DNA of 64,000 bases from a virus. Lineage: Duplodnaviria > Caudoviricetes. The stretch is from the IMG/VR virus record IMGVR_UViG_3300021431_000079, positions 64,001 through 128,000 of that record. The stretch is one strand, 5' to 3'. A program made the translations under genes and the position numbers. Every line of letters starts with the position of its first letter. Within the stretch, counting starts at the first letter, position 1. Shown in pieces: positions 42,649 through 53,911 of this stretch. Under the pieces are notes generated by a model. It worked only from the letters and a program-made list of their open reading frames with translations. It ran no database searches and had not been told where the DNA came from.

Positions 42649-43905
42649 TTGGTGGAGTTATTGGTGATGGAAGAAATGAATACAAATATTTACATACCGA
42701 AACGAATAAATGTTGGATATCAAAATCGCACTGGTACATATACTGGTAAGCTTGCTTATGTTATTTATTATGATGAGCACAACAAACTCAGAAAAGAAGC
42801 ATCGTGGAATAGTTGGAGAGACGAAAGCATTCCTAACGATGAGTACGACAACGAACCTATGGAGGGATTTGTATTAAATAAAAATGTGGGTGGCGTTCAG
42901 GACTCTTGGAGTCATTATGTAAGAAACTCATATGTTAGAATTTATGATCCGAGAGGGTTTGAGTTTGAAATCACTATTCCTAATCTCTTGTGGATACTTG
43001 AGAATTGCAACTGTATTAAGGGTAAGGGGCTTGAAGGTGAATTTGTTTACGGATGGGATGGTAAAGACTTGGTTCTCGTCCCAGTAGAATCACCAGACTA
43101 TAAAGTCATTAAAGCACAAAGTGAGATAATCAATAAAGCAGAATACATCAAGTCATCAGATTTAATTATAGGTGCAACCTATCAGGGGAAAGATAGTAGC
43201 AGGTATTATGTATATCTTGGGAGATTTGATGCATATAAGGAAAGTTGGAACAGTGTAACTTGGAATGGCATGTATAATCGTTCTACGTGGCATTATACAA
43301 AAGAAGATGATGGTACATATCATAGTGATCCATTTGATCCGACAAGATACAAATACATAAATCGTGGAAAACATTATTGGTTTATGGAGTGTTCTAAATC
43401 AAAATATTCTGATACCACTTATGAGTGTTTAACGCAGATTAAAAATATAAAAAACAGATTTATAAAATGTATTGATGATAAATGTAGCGAAAAATATATC
43501 GAATATGTTAATAGAATGGAGACATCTAATGAATTTTCGCCTATTGATTTTGATAATGTTGTGATAGAAAAATTACCATATCAAACATTTGAAAAAATAT
43601 TAATAAATTTAAAATGTAATAGTCCGTATAGTAAGAGCTTTTATACATTAAATAAAGATCAGTTTGGATGCTACAAAAATATAAAAATCTTATATGGATA
43701 TAATACATATTATTTTAAAAATCGTGGGTATTATATATCAGATGCTTATGAAAAAAATGTTCTTTTAGGAGATATTCCAGAAGATATTTCATTTAAAGAA
43801 GTATACGATCGTGTGCAACCAATATATGGTATATATTATTTAAAGAATGGTAAAGAATATAAAAGAAAAGGATGGTATAACGAAGATGGCACAGCAAAAC
43901 GATGA
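42649..43905 (+). CDS. Hypothetical phage protein
   Basis: 418-aa ORF; YDPRGFEFEI. Confidence 0.7.
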   Translation: MVELLVMEEMNTNIYIPKRINVGYQNRTGTYTGKLAYVIYYDEHNKLRKEASWNSWRDESIPNDEYDNEPMEGFVLNKNVGGVQDSWSHYVRNSYVRIYDPRGFEFEITIPNLLWILENCNCIKGKGLEGEFVYGWDGKDLVLVPVESPDYKVIKAQSEIINKAEYIKSSDLIIGATYQGKDSSRYYVYLGRFDAYKESWNSVTWNGMYNRSTWHYTKEDDGTYHSDPFDPTRYKYINRGKHYWFMECSKSKYSDTTYECLTQIKNIKNRFIKCIDDKCSEKYIEYVNRMETSNEFSPIDFDNVVIEKLPYQTFEKILINLKCNSPYSKSFYTLNKDQFGCYKNIKILYGYNTYYFKNRGYYISDAYEKNVLLGDIPEDISFKEVYDRVQPIYGIYYLKNGKEYKRKGWYNEDGTAKR

Positions 43906-44302
43906 GAGAATTATGTCATTAAAGAAACAGATTGAAGAGAAGAAAGCTGAACTTGAAAAGCTCAAAACAAGATTTGTTCCTGAAACGAATTGTATGTTAG
44001 AGCTTGATTCTGCGAGATATAATCTGCATACAATAACTGATCCTTGCAATCTGCTACTGCTACTTAAGCTTTCGTCTCTTATGATGGCGGCAGAGAAACT
44101 TGATATCAACCCAGATGATGTTATGATCTCTGGCTATTCTTTATCGCTGTGGATAAATGACATTAAGAATAAAATGAAAGCAGACAAGTACAAGCTTGAA
44201 AAGAATAATCTCAATAATATTGAAAAGCAGTTGACCGATTTATTATCAAGTGATAAACAGACGGAATTAAAAATTGACGCACTTGAGAGTCTGATTCATT
44301 AA
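43886..44302 (+). CDS. Hypothetical coiled-coil protein
   Basis: Overlaps the previous gene; start approximate. Confidence 0.6.
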   Translation: MAQQNDERIMSLKKQIEEKKAELEKLKTRFVPETNCMLELDSARYNLHTITDPCNLLLLLKLSSLMMAAEKLDINPDDVMISGYSLSLWINDIKNKMKADKYKLEKNNLNNIEKQLTDLLSSDKQTELKIDALESLIH

Positions 44303-44311
44303 GAGGTTATC

Positions 44312-44557
44312 ATGAATAGAGATACAAAAACAATTTTATTACCATACATCTATCAGGGATATCGTGGCAATGCAACATATGACGATATAGAAGATTTGTG
44401 GTTTGGAAAAGTGATCAATTCTGGTGTTGATCTCGTACCATATGAAGCAAAAACTCTTGATGGATTGCGTGAAGAATTCAAGAAAGCTGTAGACAACTAT
44501 CTTGTCTTCCTGAAAGAGCTTGAAGAAAAACAAAAATTAGGAGAGCAGTTATGGTAG
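44312..44557 (+). CDS. HicB-like antitoxin domain protein
   Basis: YQGYRG....D...FGKV...DLV.YEA...L.EEFKKAVDNYL. Confidence 0.65.
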   Translation: MNRDTKTILLPYIYQGYRGNATYDDIEDLWFGKVINSGVDLVPYEAKTLDGLREEFKKAVDNYLVFLKELEEKQKLGEQLW

Positions 44558-44813
44558 AAAGACTATCTGGTGATTTTAATAGGGGCTATACAAAAGCAAT
44601 TCTCGATCTAATATCAACTGTCGATTATGTTTATGATGATTTGAGATTTCATCATAAAACGTTCAACTATTTAGTCCTAAAAAAGTTTCTTAAATGCTGT
44701 CTTGACAACAGAGAAATGTTGAGAGATTCACAAATGACTGATTCAGGAAAGAATTGTATCAGATGGAATAAACGGTTAAACAATTTTGAATTTTACGAAG
44801 GAGAATCAATACA

Positions 44814-45065
44814 ATGAAGAAGAAGTTATTAGTGTTATTACTATGTGGACTTATGTTGATAATGGGTTTTGCAGGATGCAACAGGTCTTTGTTTGATACC
44901 AAGTTTAAGTTTGATGAGGCTTATATTTATATGCCAGATGGAACAGTAATTCATGGTGAGGTTGAAAAGTGGAGAGACTTTGAAGATGGCGATCAGTTAC
45001 AAGTTACCATTGATGGAATTACTTATCTGACTCATGCAACAAACGTAGTTCTGATAGCACGATAA
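44814..45065 (+). CDS. Putative lipoprotein
   Basis: FAGC lipobox. Confidence 0.65.
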   Translation: MKKKLLVLLLCGLMLIMGFAGCNRSLFDTKFKFDEAYIYMPDGTVIHGEVEKWRDFEDGDQLQVTIDGITYLTHATNVVLIAR

Positions 45066-45100
45066 CATAGTCAATATAAAACAGCGAGGAAATAGTAATA

Positions 45101-45628
45101 ATGAATAAGAAGAAAATAATTTTATTGATGTTGTCTTTGATTGTTATCTTAATGGTCGGTTGTGATCCAAGTGGGTCAGCACAGGACTCTATGAATCAGA
45201 GAGCTGTTGCCAACTCTCTTGCTAAAAACCAGTCAACACCAACAGATATAAATTATTCGCTTGAAAGATATAATTTAATTCGTAGAGCATATTGGGTAAA
45301 TGGTATGCGTGAAAAGGCGAATACTTTGGTTTGTGAAATTCAAAAGCCCCTTGGTTACATTATTTTGTTCACAGAAGGTGGCGGTACTGTTGGAAGATTT
45401 GTTGTAGATGGTAAGATTACATCGCTAAATAGTTTTCTTACACCATCATATGACTATAATGGTAGCGAGCTTGCTGATGTAGATGGATCATACGGAGAAA
45501 ATGATAGCGGTATTTTCTTCTTTACACCAGATGGGAAGTATATTGAATGGACAGGAATATATCTATACTCAGATATTCCTTTTGAAATTGATGATGTGAA
45601 TGTCATTGTTAAGGAGGCAGAAGAATGA
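45101..45628 (+). CDS. Putative lipoprotein
   Basis: MVGC lipobox; DGSYGEND.GIFFFT. Confidence 0.7.
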   Translation: MNKKKIILLMLSLIVILMVGCDPSGSAQDSMNQRAVANSLAKNQSTPTDINYSLERYNLIRRAYWVNGMREKANTLVCEIQKPLGYIILFTEGGGTVGRFVVDGKITSLNSFLTPSYDYNGSELADVDGSYGENDSGIFFFTPDGKYIEWTGIYLYSDIPFEIDDVNVIVKEAEE

Positions 45629-46047
45629 AGAGATCATTAAGAGACGTATTAACATTTTTGGGTACGATGGTAGCGCTTATCATCATCCTGTTTGTCATGT
45701 ATATAATCTTCACACCATCTGGAAGAGCACTGATCAATAATTACACTCATCTTATGAAAGAGGTGGATGATAAGACGCTTTATCAGACGAGAAAAGATGT
45801 AGAAGATACATGCAGAAGTATGCAAGCGTCATATGAATCAGATAAGCTTGTGTGGCTACAATTCAAGGATAGTGATAACACAGAGAAACAAAACTGGGCT
45901 GATGCCGCAATGATTAGAGCAAATAAGACAGCCGCAGAATATAATAATTATGTTCTTAAGAATAGATATGTTTGGAAAGATAATATTCCTGCTGACATAT
46001 ATGTTACAATGCAATATCTTGGAATGGAAGAAGAGGTAGAAAAATGA
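45625..46047 (+). CDS. Membrane-anchored protein
   Basis: N-terminal transmembrane helix; coupled to the preceding lipoprotein. Confidence 0.65.
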   Translation: MKRSLRDVLTFLGTMVALIIILFVMYIIFTPSGRALINNYTHLMKEVDDKTLYQTRKDVEDTCRSMQASYESDKLVWLQFKDSDNTEKQNWADAAMIRANKTAAEYNNYVLKNRYVWKDNIPADIYVTMQYLGMEEEVEK

Positions 46048-46238
46048 GAAAAACGAATAATAATCCTGTTGATGAAAAACTTTTGGTTACAACAAACGAC
46101 CTTGCAGGTATGCTATCCTGTGGCCTTGTAACGGCTAAGAAGATTGGCGAAGAGTCAGGAGCAAGATTACAAGTAGGTGGAAGAGTTCTATATTCAGTAG
46201 AAAAAATTAAGAAGTATATTGAGGAGAAAACACACTGA
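46044..46238 (+). CDS. Small HTH / excisionase-like DNA-binding protein
   Basis: DLAGMLSCG..TAKKIG...VGGRVLY. Confidence 0.55.
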   Translation: MRKTNNNPVDEKLLVTTNDLAGMLSCGLVTAKKIGEESGARLQVGGRVLYSVEKIKKYIEEKTH

Positions 46239-46762
46239 TGATCACAACTAATGATGATTTTACACTTACTAAGGATTCACACAATGTTGATGCTTTATAT
46301 ATTAAGAAGCTATACAGCGATGCGATTGTTCCGACAAAAGGTACAGTATATTCTGCCGGATTTGACTTGTACGCACATAACATAAAGGATGTTATTGAAA
46401 ATAAAGATTATACAGACTTTAAGTATTTTACGATTCGACCTAATGAAACTGTTAAGGTTGGAACAGGAATTGCTTTAGAGATCCCTGAGAAATGTTTTGG
46501 TGGTATCTTTGCAAGAAGTGGTCTTGCTACGAAACAAGGATTAAGGCCGAGCAACTGTGTAGGTGTTATTGATTCAGATTATCGTGGTGAGATTATAGTC
46601 GCACTACATAATGACTCAGATAAACCACAGCAGATTAACTTTGGAGACCGCATTGCACAGTTAGTGCTTATCCCTTATTTGCTATCATATGTACAACTGG
46701 TAGATGATCTTTCTGAAACAGATCGTGGTAATGGTGGCTTTGGAAGCACAGGAAGTAATTAA
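46238..46762 (+). CDS. dut: Trimeric dUTPase
   Basis: SAGFDL, ARSGLA, GVIDSDYRGE, RIAQL, RGNGGFGSTG. Confidence 0.95.
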   Translation: MITTNDDFTLTKDSHNVDALYIKKLYSDAIVPTKGTVYSAGFDLYAHNIKDVIENKDYTDFKYFTIRPNETVKVGTGIALEIPEKCFGGIFARSGLATKQGLRPSNCVGVIDSDYRGEIIVALHNDSDKPQQINFGDRIAQLVLIPYLLSYVQLVDDLSETDRGNGGFGSTGSN

Positions 46763-47336
46763 GAAAAGATGAAAACTACAGAAGAATACATCGTAAGCAA
46801 AGGTTACAAAGAGTATCCAACATCTGAATATGATTCACCATATGTTATAAAGAATTTTCAAAAAAGATTTACTGATAATAATGGTGCAAAATATTTTATT
46901 AATATAAGCAAATGGGATATAAAAATTGACTCAAGCGTGTTAAAAGATAGATATGAATTTTCATATAACATATATTTTATAGCATCAGATTGTGATAACC
47001 CAATTAAAATAGAACTATATGCAGGTTGGGAACTTGATGATGTTGAAAAACACATAGAAAAATTATGGAACACTGGACTGTATAAAAATGATGGCTGACA
47101 GTTTTTGAGAAAGCGAGGAATAATATATGTCAGAAATAAAAATAGATTTTAATAAATTACTTTTGAAAGTATGGGACGAAACAGTTAGTGATCTAAGTGA
47201 GGCATTGTTCGGTTATCAAGTGATCCAGATAAAAGCAAAGAAAATAAAAATAGACTTAGAGATGAAATTAGTATAGCTTTTAGAAAATCCATGATAATAG
47301 ATAAATTAAAAGCATATATTAAAGAGGAAGACAATT

Positions 47337-48437
47337 ATGAGTAGAAGTTTAGCACATATTGAAGAGATTAAAGCGCTTCATCCAATTGAAGGAAAAGATA
47401 GAATTGTTCTTGCTGAAGTGCTTGGGTGGACAGTTATTGTTCAGAAATCAGAATTTAACATTGGAGACAAAGTAGTATATGTAGAGATTGATTCTGTCCT
47501 TCCTGAGAAACCAGAGTTTGAATTTTTAAGAGATAAGAACTTTAGAATCAAAACTATGAAAATGGCAGGATACTATAGTCAGGGAATTTGTTTTCCGCTT
47601 TCCATTCTCCCAGAAACAAGAGAGTATAATGTTGGTGATGATGTTACAGACATTATTGGCATTAAGCAATATGAGCCGACAATGGATGATGATAAAGAGG
47701 TAATTAAAAACACGCCTCAGAATACAAAACAAAACACAAAGCATTATCCTGAGTTCTTAATGAAGTGGAAGTGGTTCAGAAAGCTTGTACTGCCAAAGAA
47801 ACAGGCAAAAGGATTCCCTGATTTTATTAACAAAAGTGATGAAACGAGGATTGAATCTGCACCTTTTTATCTTCAGAATAAAACTCCAATGATCTGTACA
47901 GAAAAAATTGAGGGACAATCCGGCTCGTTTGCGCTAAAGAAGATTCCTAAGAAACATTTTTGGCAAAAGACACAATATGATTTCATTGTTTGTTCTCGTA
48001 ATCTCAGACTTTGGAATGAAAACAATTCATCATACTGGACAGTTGCGAAGAAGTATCATATTAAAGATGTTCTTATGAAGTTAATTGGCAATAATGATTT
48101 TGTCGCTATTCAGGGCGAATGCGTAGGAACTGGTATTCATAAGAACATTTATCATATTAATGGTTATGATCTTTATGTGTACAATCTCATTTATCCATCT
48201 GGAAGAATGGGAAGTCTTGAAGCTAAGAAAATTATTGAAAAGAATGGAATGAAGTTCGTTCCTATTGTAAATGATAGCTATGTACTTCCTGATACCATTG
48301 AAGAGTTAAGAGAGTACGCACATGGACAAAGCGTATTATATCCAACACTTAGAGAGGGTCTTGTGATTAGATCAAGAGATGGACGTAGAAGTTTTAAGTG
48401 CGTTGATCCTGAATATCTTATCAAGCACAATGCATAA
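47337..48437 (+). CDS. RNA ligase (Rnl2/DRB0094-like)
   Basis: N-terminal OB-like module, SDETRI, motif I EKIEG, IQGEC, REGLV, SFK. Confidence 0.85.
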   Translation: MSRSLAHIEEIKALHPIEGKDRIVLAEVLGWTVIVQKSEFNIGDKVVYVEIDSVLPEKPEFEFLRDKNFRIKTMKMAGYYSQGICFPLSILPETREYNVGDDVTDIIGIKQYEPTMDDDKEVIKNTPQNTKQNTKHYPEFLMKWKWFRKLVLPKKQAKGFPDFINKSDETRIESAPFYLQNKTPMICTEKIEGQSGSFALKKIPKKHFWQKTQYDFIVCSRNLRLWNENNSSYWTVAKKYHIKDVLMKLIGNNDFVAIQGECVGTGIHKNIYHINGYDLYVYNLIYPSGRMGSLEAKKIIEKNGMKFVPIVNDSYVLPDTIEELREYAHGQSVLYPTLREGLVIRSRDGRRSFKCVDPEYLIKHNA

Positions 48438-48452
48438 ATTAAAAAACATCAG

Positions 48453-51400
48453 TTAAAAGGACGCTTTAAAAAAAAAGGACACTTGGGACGCATCCCCTTG
48501 CCAAAGCCGTAGTGCGTGGCTGTAAATAACGGACGGTGGGATGCACGACAACCTGTTGGAAGAAGGCTTGGGTTGTCACTTAAAGGAGATATATGGTGGA
48601 AGCACTCAATAAGCGAGAAATTCATGAACAGCTTGATGAAATCAAAAGTATTGTTGAGATGAATGTTCATCCTGCTGTTTCGCCTGACAACTGGTATATC
48701 TATTCAAATCTGCATGATGAACTTGAGCAACTTGAACTGTTATTAAAACGAAATAACGTAATTTAAATAAAATTGCGGTTTCGCCACAGTATCGTTGATG
48801 GGCGTGTAATAAATAGGTGTGTAGCCTACTTGCAAAGACCTTCCGCATTCTATATTAAAGGGCGATTTGAAGCACAGGAGATAATTTTTAATATGCTGTT
48901 AGCGATATGCTTTTTATGCTTACCCTTTGCATGGACATATATGCTCTATATCTTATGCAAAGAAATAGACGAATTGTAATTTAAAGGGGTAATAAGACTA
49001 TGGCGATCATGAAATGGGAAGAACTTTCTAATGAACAGAAACAGGAATGCTACATGTCCTACTGCGAGGATGTGCGCTATGAGTGGGGAGATAGAGCTAA
49101 ACCGATGTCATACGATGAATGGTGCAAAGAATCAGAGGAACTTGGTGAAGCACTTTATTAAATGAGTTTGGATATGTGGATAGTCCCATTACTTATTGCT
49201 GTTGGATTTGGTGGCATTATTGTGCTTTTTGTGCTTATTGATAAAGATGAATCATAACTTAAAAAGGGAGTTTTGGCATGATGGATGATTGGAAATTATG
49301 GAGGTTATGGTTTATATTTACCATCGTCTGCTGTGTGCTATTAGTTATCCTTGACATTTTAGGTGTGCCAATTGATTAAAACGAGCAAAGCAATGAGAAG
49401 GCGAATTGACGCTACAATTTATTTTGGCGAAAACAGAAAAGAAACAACCGTTTTTGTGGATGAAAATGCCACATATGAAGAGATCTATGATGCAGTCATG
49501 AGCGATGCTTTAGACATGATCGAAATTGAGTGGCACGAAGTTGAAACTGCTTTTTAACGGATGCTTAAAAGGAGGGCTGAGGTGTGATCATTATTTTTGC
49601 AATAATCGTTATAATTCATGCACTTTGGTATACATTTTTGTATGTCGAGTGGCGTAACGACTGTAAAGAGATATGTAAAGAAAATCTTGCCGTACCTTTA
49701 TCAGAGCGGTTGTATAGCTCGTTCTTTTATATTACAATTCCATGTTTTGTTGGAGTGTTAATGGGTTTGTTATGAAAACTTTTCAATTTAAAAGTAACTG
49801 TCTTAATTGCAAATATCATTTAGATAATTGTATTTGTGGAAAAGATGGCACAGATACAAGTGAATGGTTTATGGATGAGGTAACATGTTGTGAGCTATCC
49901 GAATCAGCCAAACAGTACGAATACACAATAAATACAACGCTAAATTAAAGGGAGGCAATATCAATGGAGAAGTATTCATACTATCTGGGCGGGAAACTGT
50001 ATTTTGTCTTGCTGTCACCAGAAGAAAAAGTGCTTTTTGAGAATCGGTATGGTGTGTGCCTGTCAATAGTACGTTAAAAGAGGAAGAGGCAGAGTAATGT
50101 TCACGAAAAAGAAAAATGCAAGATTTGGCAGATATCCATGTTGTGATATGGTCAATAACGCCATAAGGCTCATCGCAAACGGAAAAACAGAACATGCCAT
50201 TGAAGAATTATATATGGCTATACAGAAAGCTGATGGTTATATCCATGAAGACCTTATTGATATAGTCAACGAGGCTCATAAGCAAACATGGAGTGAACGG
50301 CACGGTTTTGATTATTGAGGTACGATTAATGAGCGTGATTATTAAGTGGTCATTTACAAATTAAAAGATCGGAGTATCGTATGGCATATAATATTGGTGA
50401 CACAAGGGTGTTTTATAGCCAGAAATATCGAGACGAAAAGGCAGACAAACTTGAGAAAATGGGATATCGCATTAAACGATATGATGGCCTGACCAATTAT
50501 TTTTTCAAGGTGCTGGACACCCCAAGTCGTTTCTAAAGGACGCTATGGATGAGAAGAAACTAAAAGGTTTGTGTAGAAATTGCATGTATCGTAAAAGATG
50601 TGAAGATGCTAAACGGTATCTCAACATGATTGCATGTTCCAGTTATAGGATACATGGCAATAGGAAGAAACTCACTAAAAGGAGTGTAATCATGAATACT
50701 GTCTATGATTTTGAAACTGCTATCAGCGAACTGATGGACAAGGCATTGAACAAACTTTCTCCGAATGAATTTGAAGTCCTTAAGGACAGAGTTTCTGTGA
50801 TTCTTACGGAGTATGACTAACATTAGAGACGCATATGGGAGCTAACACGAGAAATGAAGGAAACATTTTTAGAGCTGTGTAAACTTTGGTCATTTGTACA
50901 CTTCTGCGAATGGAATGGAACGTACACAAAAGCGATTGACGCATGTAAGAGAATTGATGTTGTCGCAAAAGGACATCCAGTGCTCAATTTTTTAGCGCAA
51001 CATTTTTGCTCATTCTTTTGTTAAAGGATGTTTATAAATGGGAAAAATTATATGTGTATTAACTGTATTTTTAGTGCTTTATTTGATATTAGCCGTTTTT
51101 TATGATGACTGGTTTTTCTTTAAGTAAAGAAGTTCGATCAATGAATGTTAGAAAAGACTGTTTTTATTACGAATATAACATAAGTACCAACACTGATTGT
51201 TGCACATGCAACGAATTAGGAATTTGTCAATGCTCAGATACCTGTGAAGATTATGTGGATAGAGAGGAAATGTCTCAGTCTATTCTTCAGATATTAGAAA
51301 GGGTTTATTAAACGGTGTTTATGAATGATCAAGAAACATAAAATGAGTAATAAGCTTAAATGGTGTTTAGGTTTTAGCAAAGCTGTCGATCTTCGTGGGC

Positions 51401-51990
51401 ATCCAAGATGGAGAACCCGAAAAAAGAATATTCACAGAGTTCAGAAAATGATGCGAAAAGCCTTCAGGCGATGGGGATGCTTTCCTTTACCGCCTGAGTG
51501 GAAACAAAACTCAACTATAAGGAGGGAATGAAAATGGCTTGCCTTTGGTATTTAGGATTAGAAGCAACAGAAGAGTGCATAAAAACGTGTACTATAACAG
51601 AGAAAAATAGGGATATTTGTGTGCGCCCAGAAACTTTAGACGCAGATGACGATTTTGAGTTAATTTAAAGGAGTATAGATGAAAACATGATGCAACTAAT
51701 AGCACATGGCATAGCAAGTGGCAATCTTGTTGCATATATGATACTTTACATAATTCTTTTACCGCCAATAATGCTTATTTGTTTTGCTATTATTGACTGG
51801 ATAAAGAACAAAAATAAATAACTTAAAGGCAGGTATTATGACAGTAAAGGAGTTGATTGAGAAATTACAGCAAGAAAATCCCGATACGCTTGTTTATACA
51901 ACGGACGATACAAATTATGATGATATTGCTTTAGTGACCGAAATTAGTAGAAATATACTTTTTGGAAAGGAGATCATATTTCTTCATTAG
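48453..51990 (+). repeat. Array of about 20 tiny unrelated ORFs and ncRNA-like segments separated by YTAAA(A)GG-type junctions
   Basis: Junctions near 48453, 48579, 48762, 48854, 48980, 49157, 49258, 49375, 49564, 49944, 50073, 50360, 50533, 50674, 51021, 51308, 51664, 51822. Confidence 0.6.
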
Positions 51991-53072
51991 ACGTATATGG
52001 AAGGAGATTGTTTATTTTTATTATGAATTTATTATTTTACAATAATAATGGCGAATGGCATAAACTGTGTGAAACATCTGAGTTTGAAGTAACCAATATA
52101 GAGACAGAAGAGATTACAGAAGGAAAACAGCAAACTCTAATGTTCGATGGCCACTATTCGTGTGATGGAGTGTTCACCCTTACAAAACAATCAAGAATCA
52201 AATTGTTGCAAAAAGTATTTTGTATGTCCAACAACTGGTTGCGTATGCATGGGTATCCGATGAAAAAGAAAAGGGAGTAACTATGATCAACGGATTAAGA
52301 TTAAAAAACGCCTTATTGTGTCAAACAGGAGAGGGTAAAAAATATTGCAAGCATTGTTCGTATAATAACGATGATAAATGTGATATTAAAAAACTCTCGT
52401 CAGATGTGTTGGAGTATATCAAAACGGGTGAAGACACTTTTAATATGCTACAAGATGAATTATTAAAACACATGAAAGCGTCGGAGGGAGACCTTCAAAT
52501 AGAACGAATAAATAAACATAATTCTTTCTTTGTACCAAAAGAGGAAGAGCCAACTTATAAGTGGATAATAGATGGACATCATATTATTTGTGAGCACTGT
52601 GGAATGTGTATGTGTAGGACAGATAGAGAAGGTGACACAATCCCGCATAACTTTTGTCCTGAGTGTGGTGTGAGGATGGAAGAAATAATAGAAGGGTAAT
52701 GAAAGAATGGATGGATATTGTGCAAAGCATAATCGACCATGGACTATTATATGTATTGGATTCAATGAATGGGGCTATGGATGCCCTGAATGTCAAAAGG
52801 AAGGAATGCTTATTCCATCATATAAAGCAGATACAATAACAATAAACACTCAACAAGGATGGGACAATAAAATGGAAAATCAACGAAATGAATTAACGAA
52901 CGACAAAGAAGACAATAAATGCAGGTGTTGTGGCTATCATGGTTTGGAGCAAGGGGATACGTTATATATTTCTGCTGACTGGGATGGTGGAATCGGATTC
53001 GATTACATTCGCAATATAAAATACTGTCCTGTTTGTGGTAAAAAGTTACCCGAAACGTGATGAGGTGTTGTG

Positions 53073-53249
53073 GTGAAGAGATATAGATGTATAGAGTGTA
53101 AACATTGTAATGAAGATGAAAAGAAATGTTATCCTCAGTCGAAAGATTGTCAGGCTGAATATGACTTAACAGAAGATGATATTTATGAGTATTCAACCGA
53201 ACGCTGTGATTTCTTTGAGGCGAAAGTTGAGAAGATGGAGGATGCATGA
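53073..53249 (+). CDS. Small Cys-rich protein, paralog of 63283-63456
   Basis: MKRYRCIECKHCNEDEKKCYPQSKDC...; below the ORF-track length cutoff; 40/57 identities with the minus-strand copy by hand alignment. Confidence 0.75.
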   Translation: MKRYRCIECKHCNEDEKKCYPQSKDCQAEYDLTEDDIYEYSTERCDFFEAKVEKMEDA

Positions 53250-53562
53250 AGAACATCTTGAGTTATCCTGTTGGAACAACGTTCTCTGGGAGTGAAATCA
53301 AAGAATATATCACATACCATTTAACACATGAAACATCTCATACAAAAACGGCAAAACAAATGGAAGAGTATCTATCTGTTAAAGACGAAGAAACCTATGT
53401 ATTTTATAAAGGAAGCTACGAATCCTCCGCTTCTTTCAACAAACCAATGTTTAAAAAGAGGTAATTAAAAATGATTGGAATTATTATTATGACTTTTATT
53501 TTTGGTTTTGTATCAGGAGCATTACTTACAACGTATTATTATGATAAAGGAGAATAAATAAA

Positions 53563-53832
53563 ATGAAAACAATTATAGATAAATATATTTATTATACTGT
53601 AAGGTTTAACTTAAGTAGCTTGAAAGATTTTTGGGAAGTCATTATGAGGTTCTATGCCAACATGGACGCAATACAAGGAAAGTATATCGTTGATGCAAAG
53701 AGTCTTCTTGGAATGCATTCACTGAATTTACTTGAGCCTGTTGTGATTAAGGTGTATGAGGACGATCTTAATAAAGAGGAACAAATAGCACTGGATAAAG
53801 TGCTGTTGCCACTCAGTGTTAATGTTAGATAA
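53563..53832 (+). CDS. HPr-like phosphocarrier-fold protein
   Basis: KYIVDAKSLLGMHSLNL matches the HPr Ser46 region. Confidence 0.7.
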   Translation: MKTIIDKYIYYTVRFNLSSLKDFWEVIMRFYANMDAIQGKYIVDAKSLLGMHSLNLLEPVVIKVYEDDLNKEEQIALDKVLLPLSVNVR

Positions 53833-53858
53833 AACAAACAAGATATATGATTAAATTA

Positions 53859-53894
53859 AAATTCGGCTATTTCACAAGTAGCCGAATTTCGTTT
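53859..53894 (+). terminator. Rho-independent terminator
   Basis: AAATTCGGCTA...TAGCCGAATTT hairpin. Confidence 0.7.
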
Positions 53895-53911
53895 AATGGG
53901 AGATACTATAT

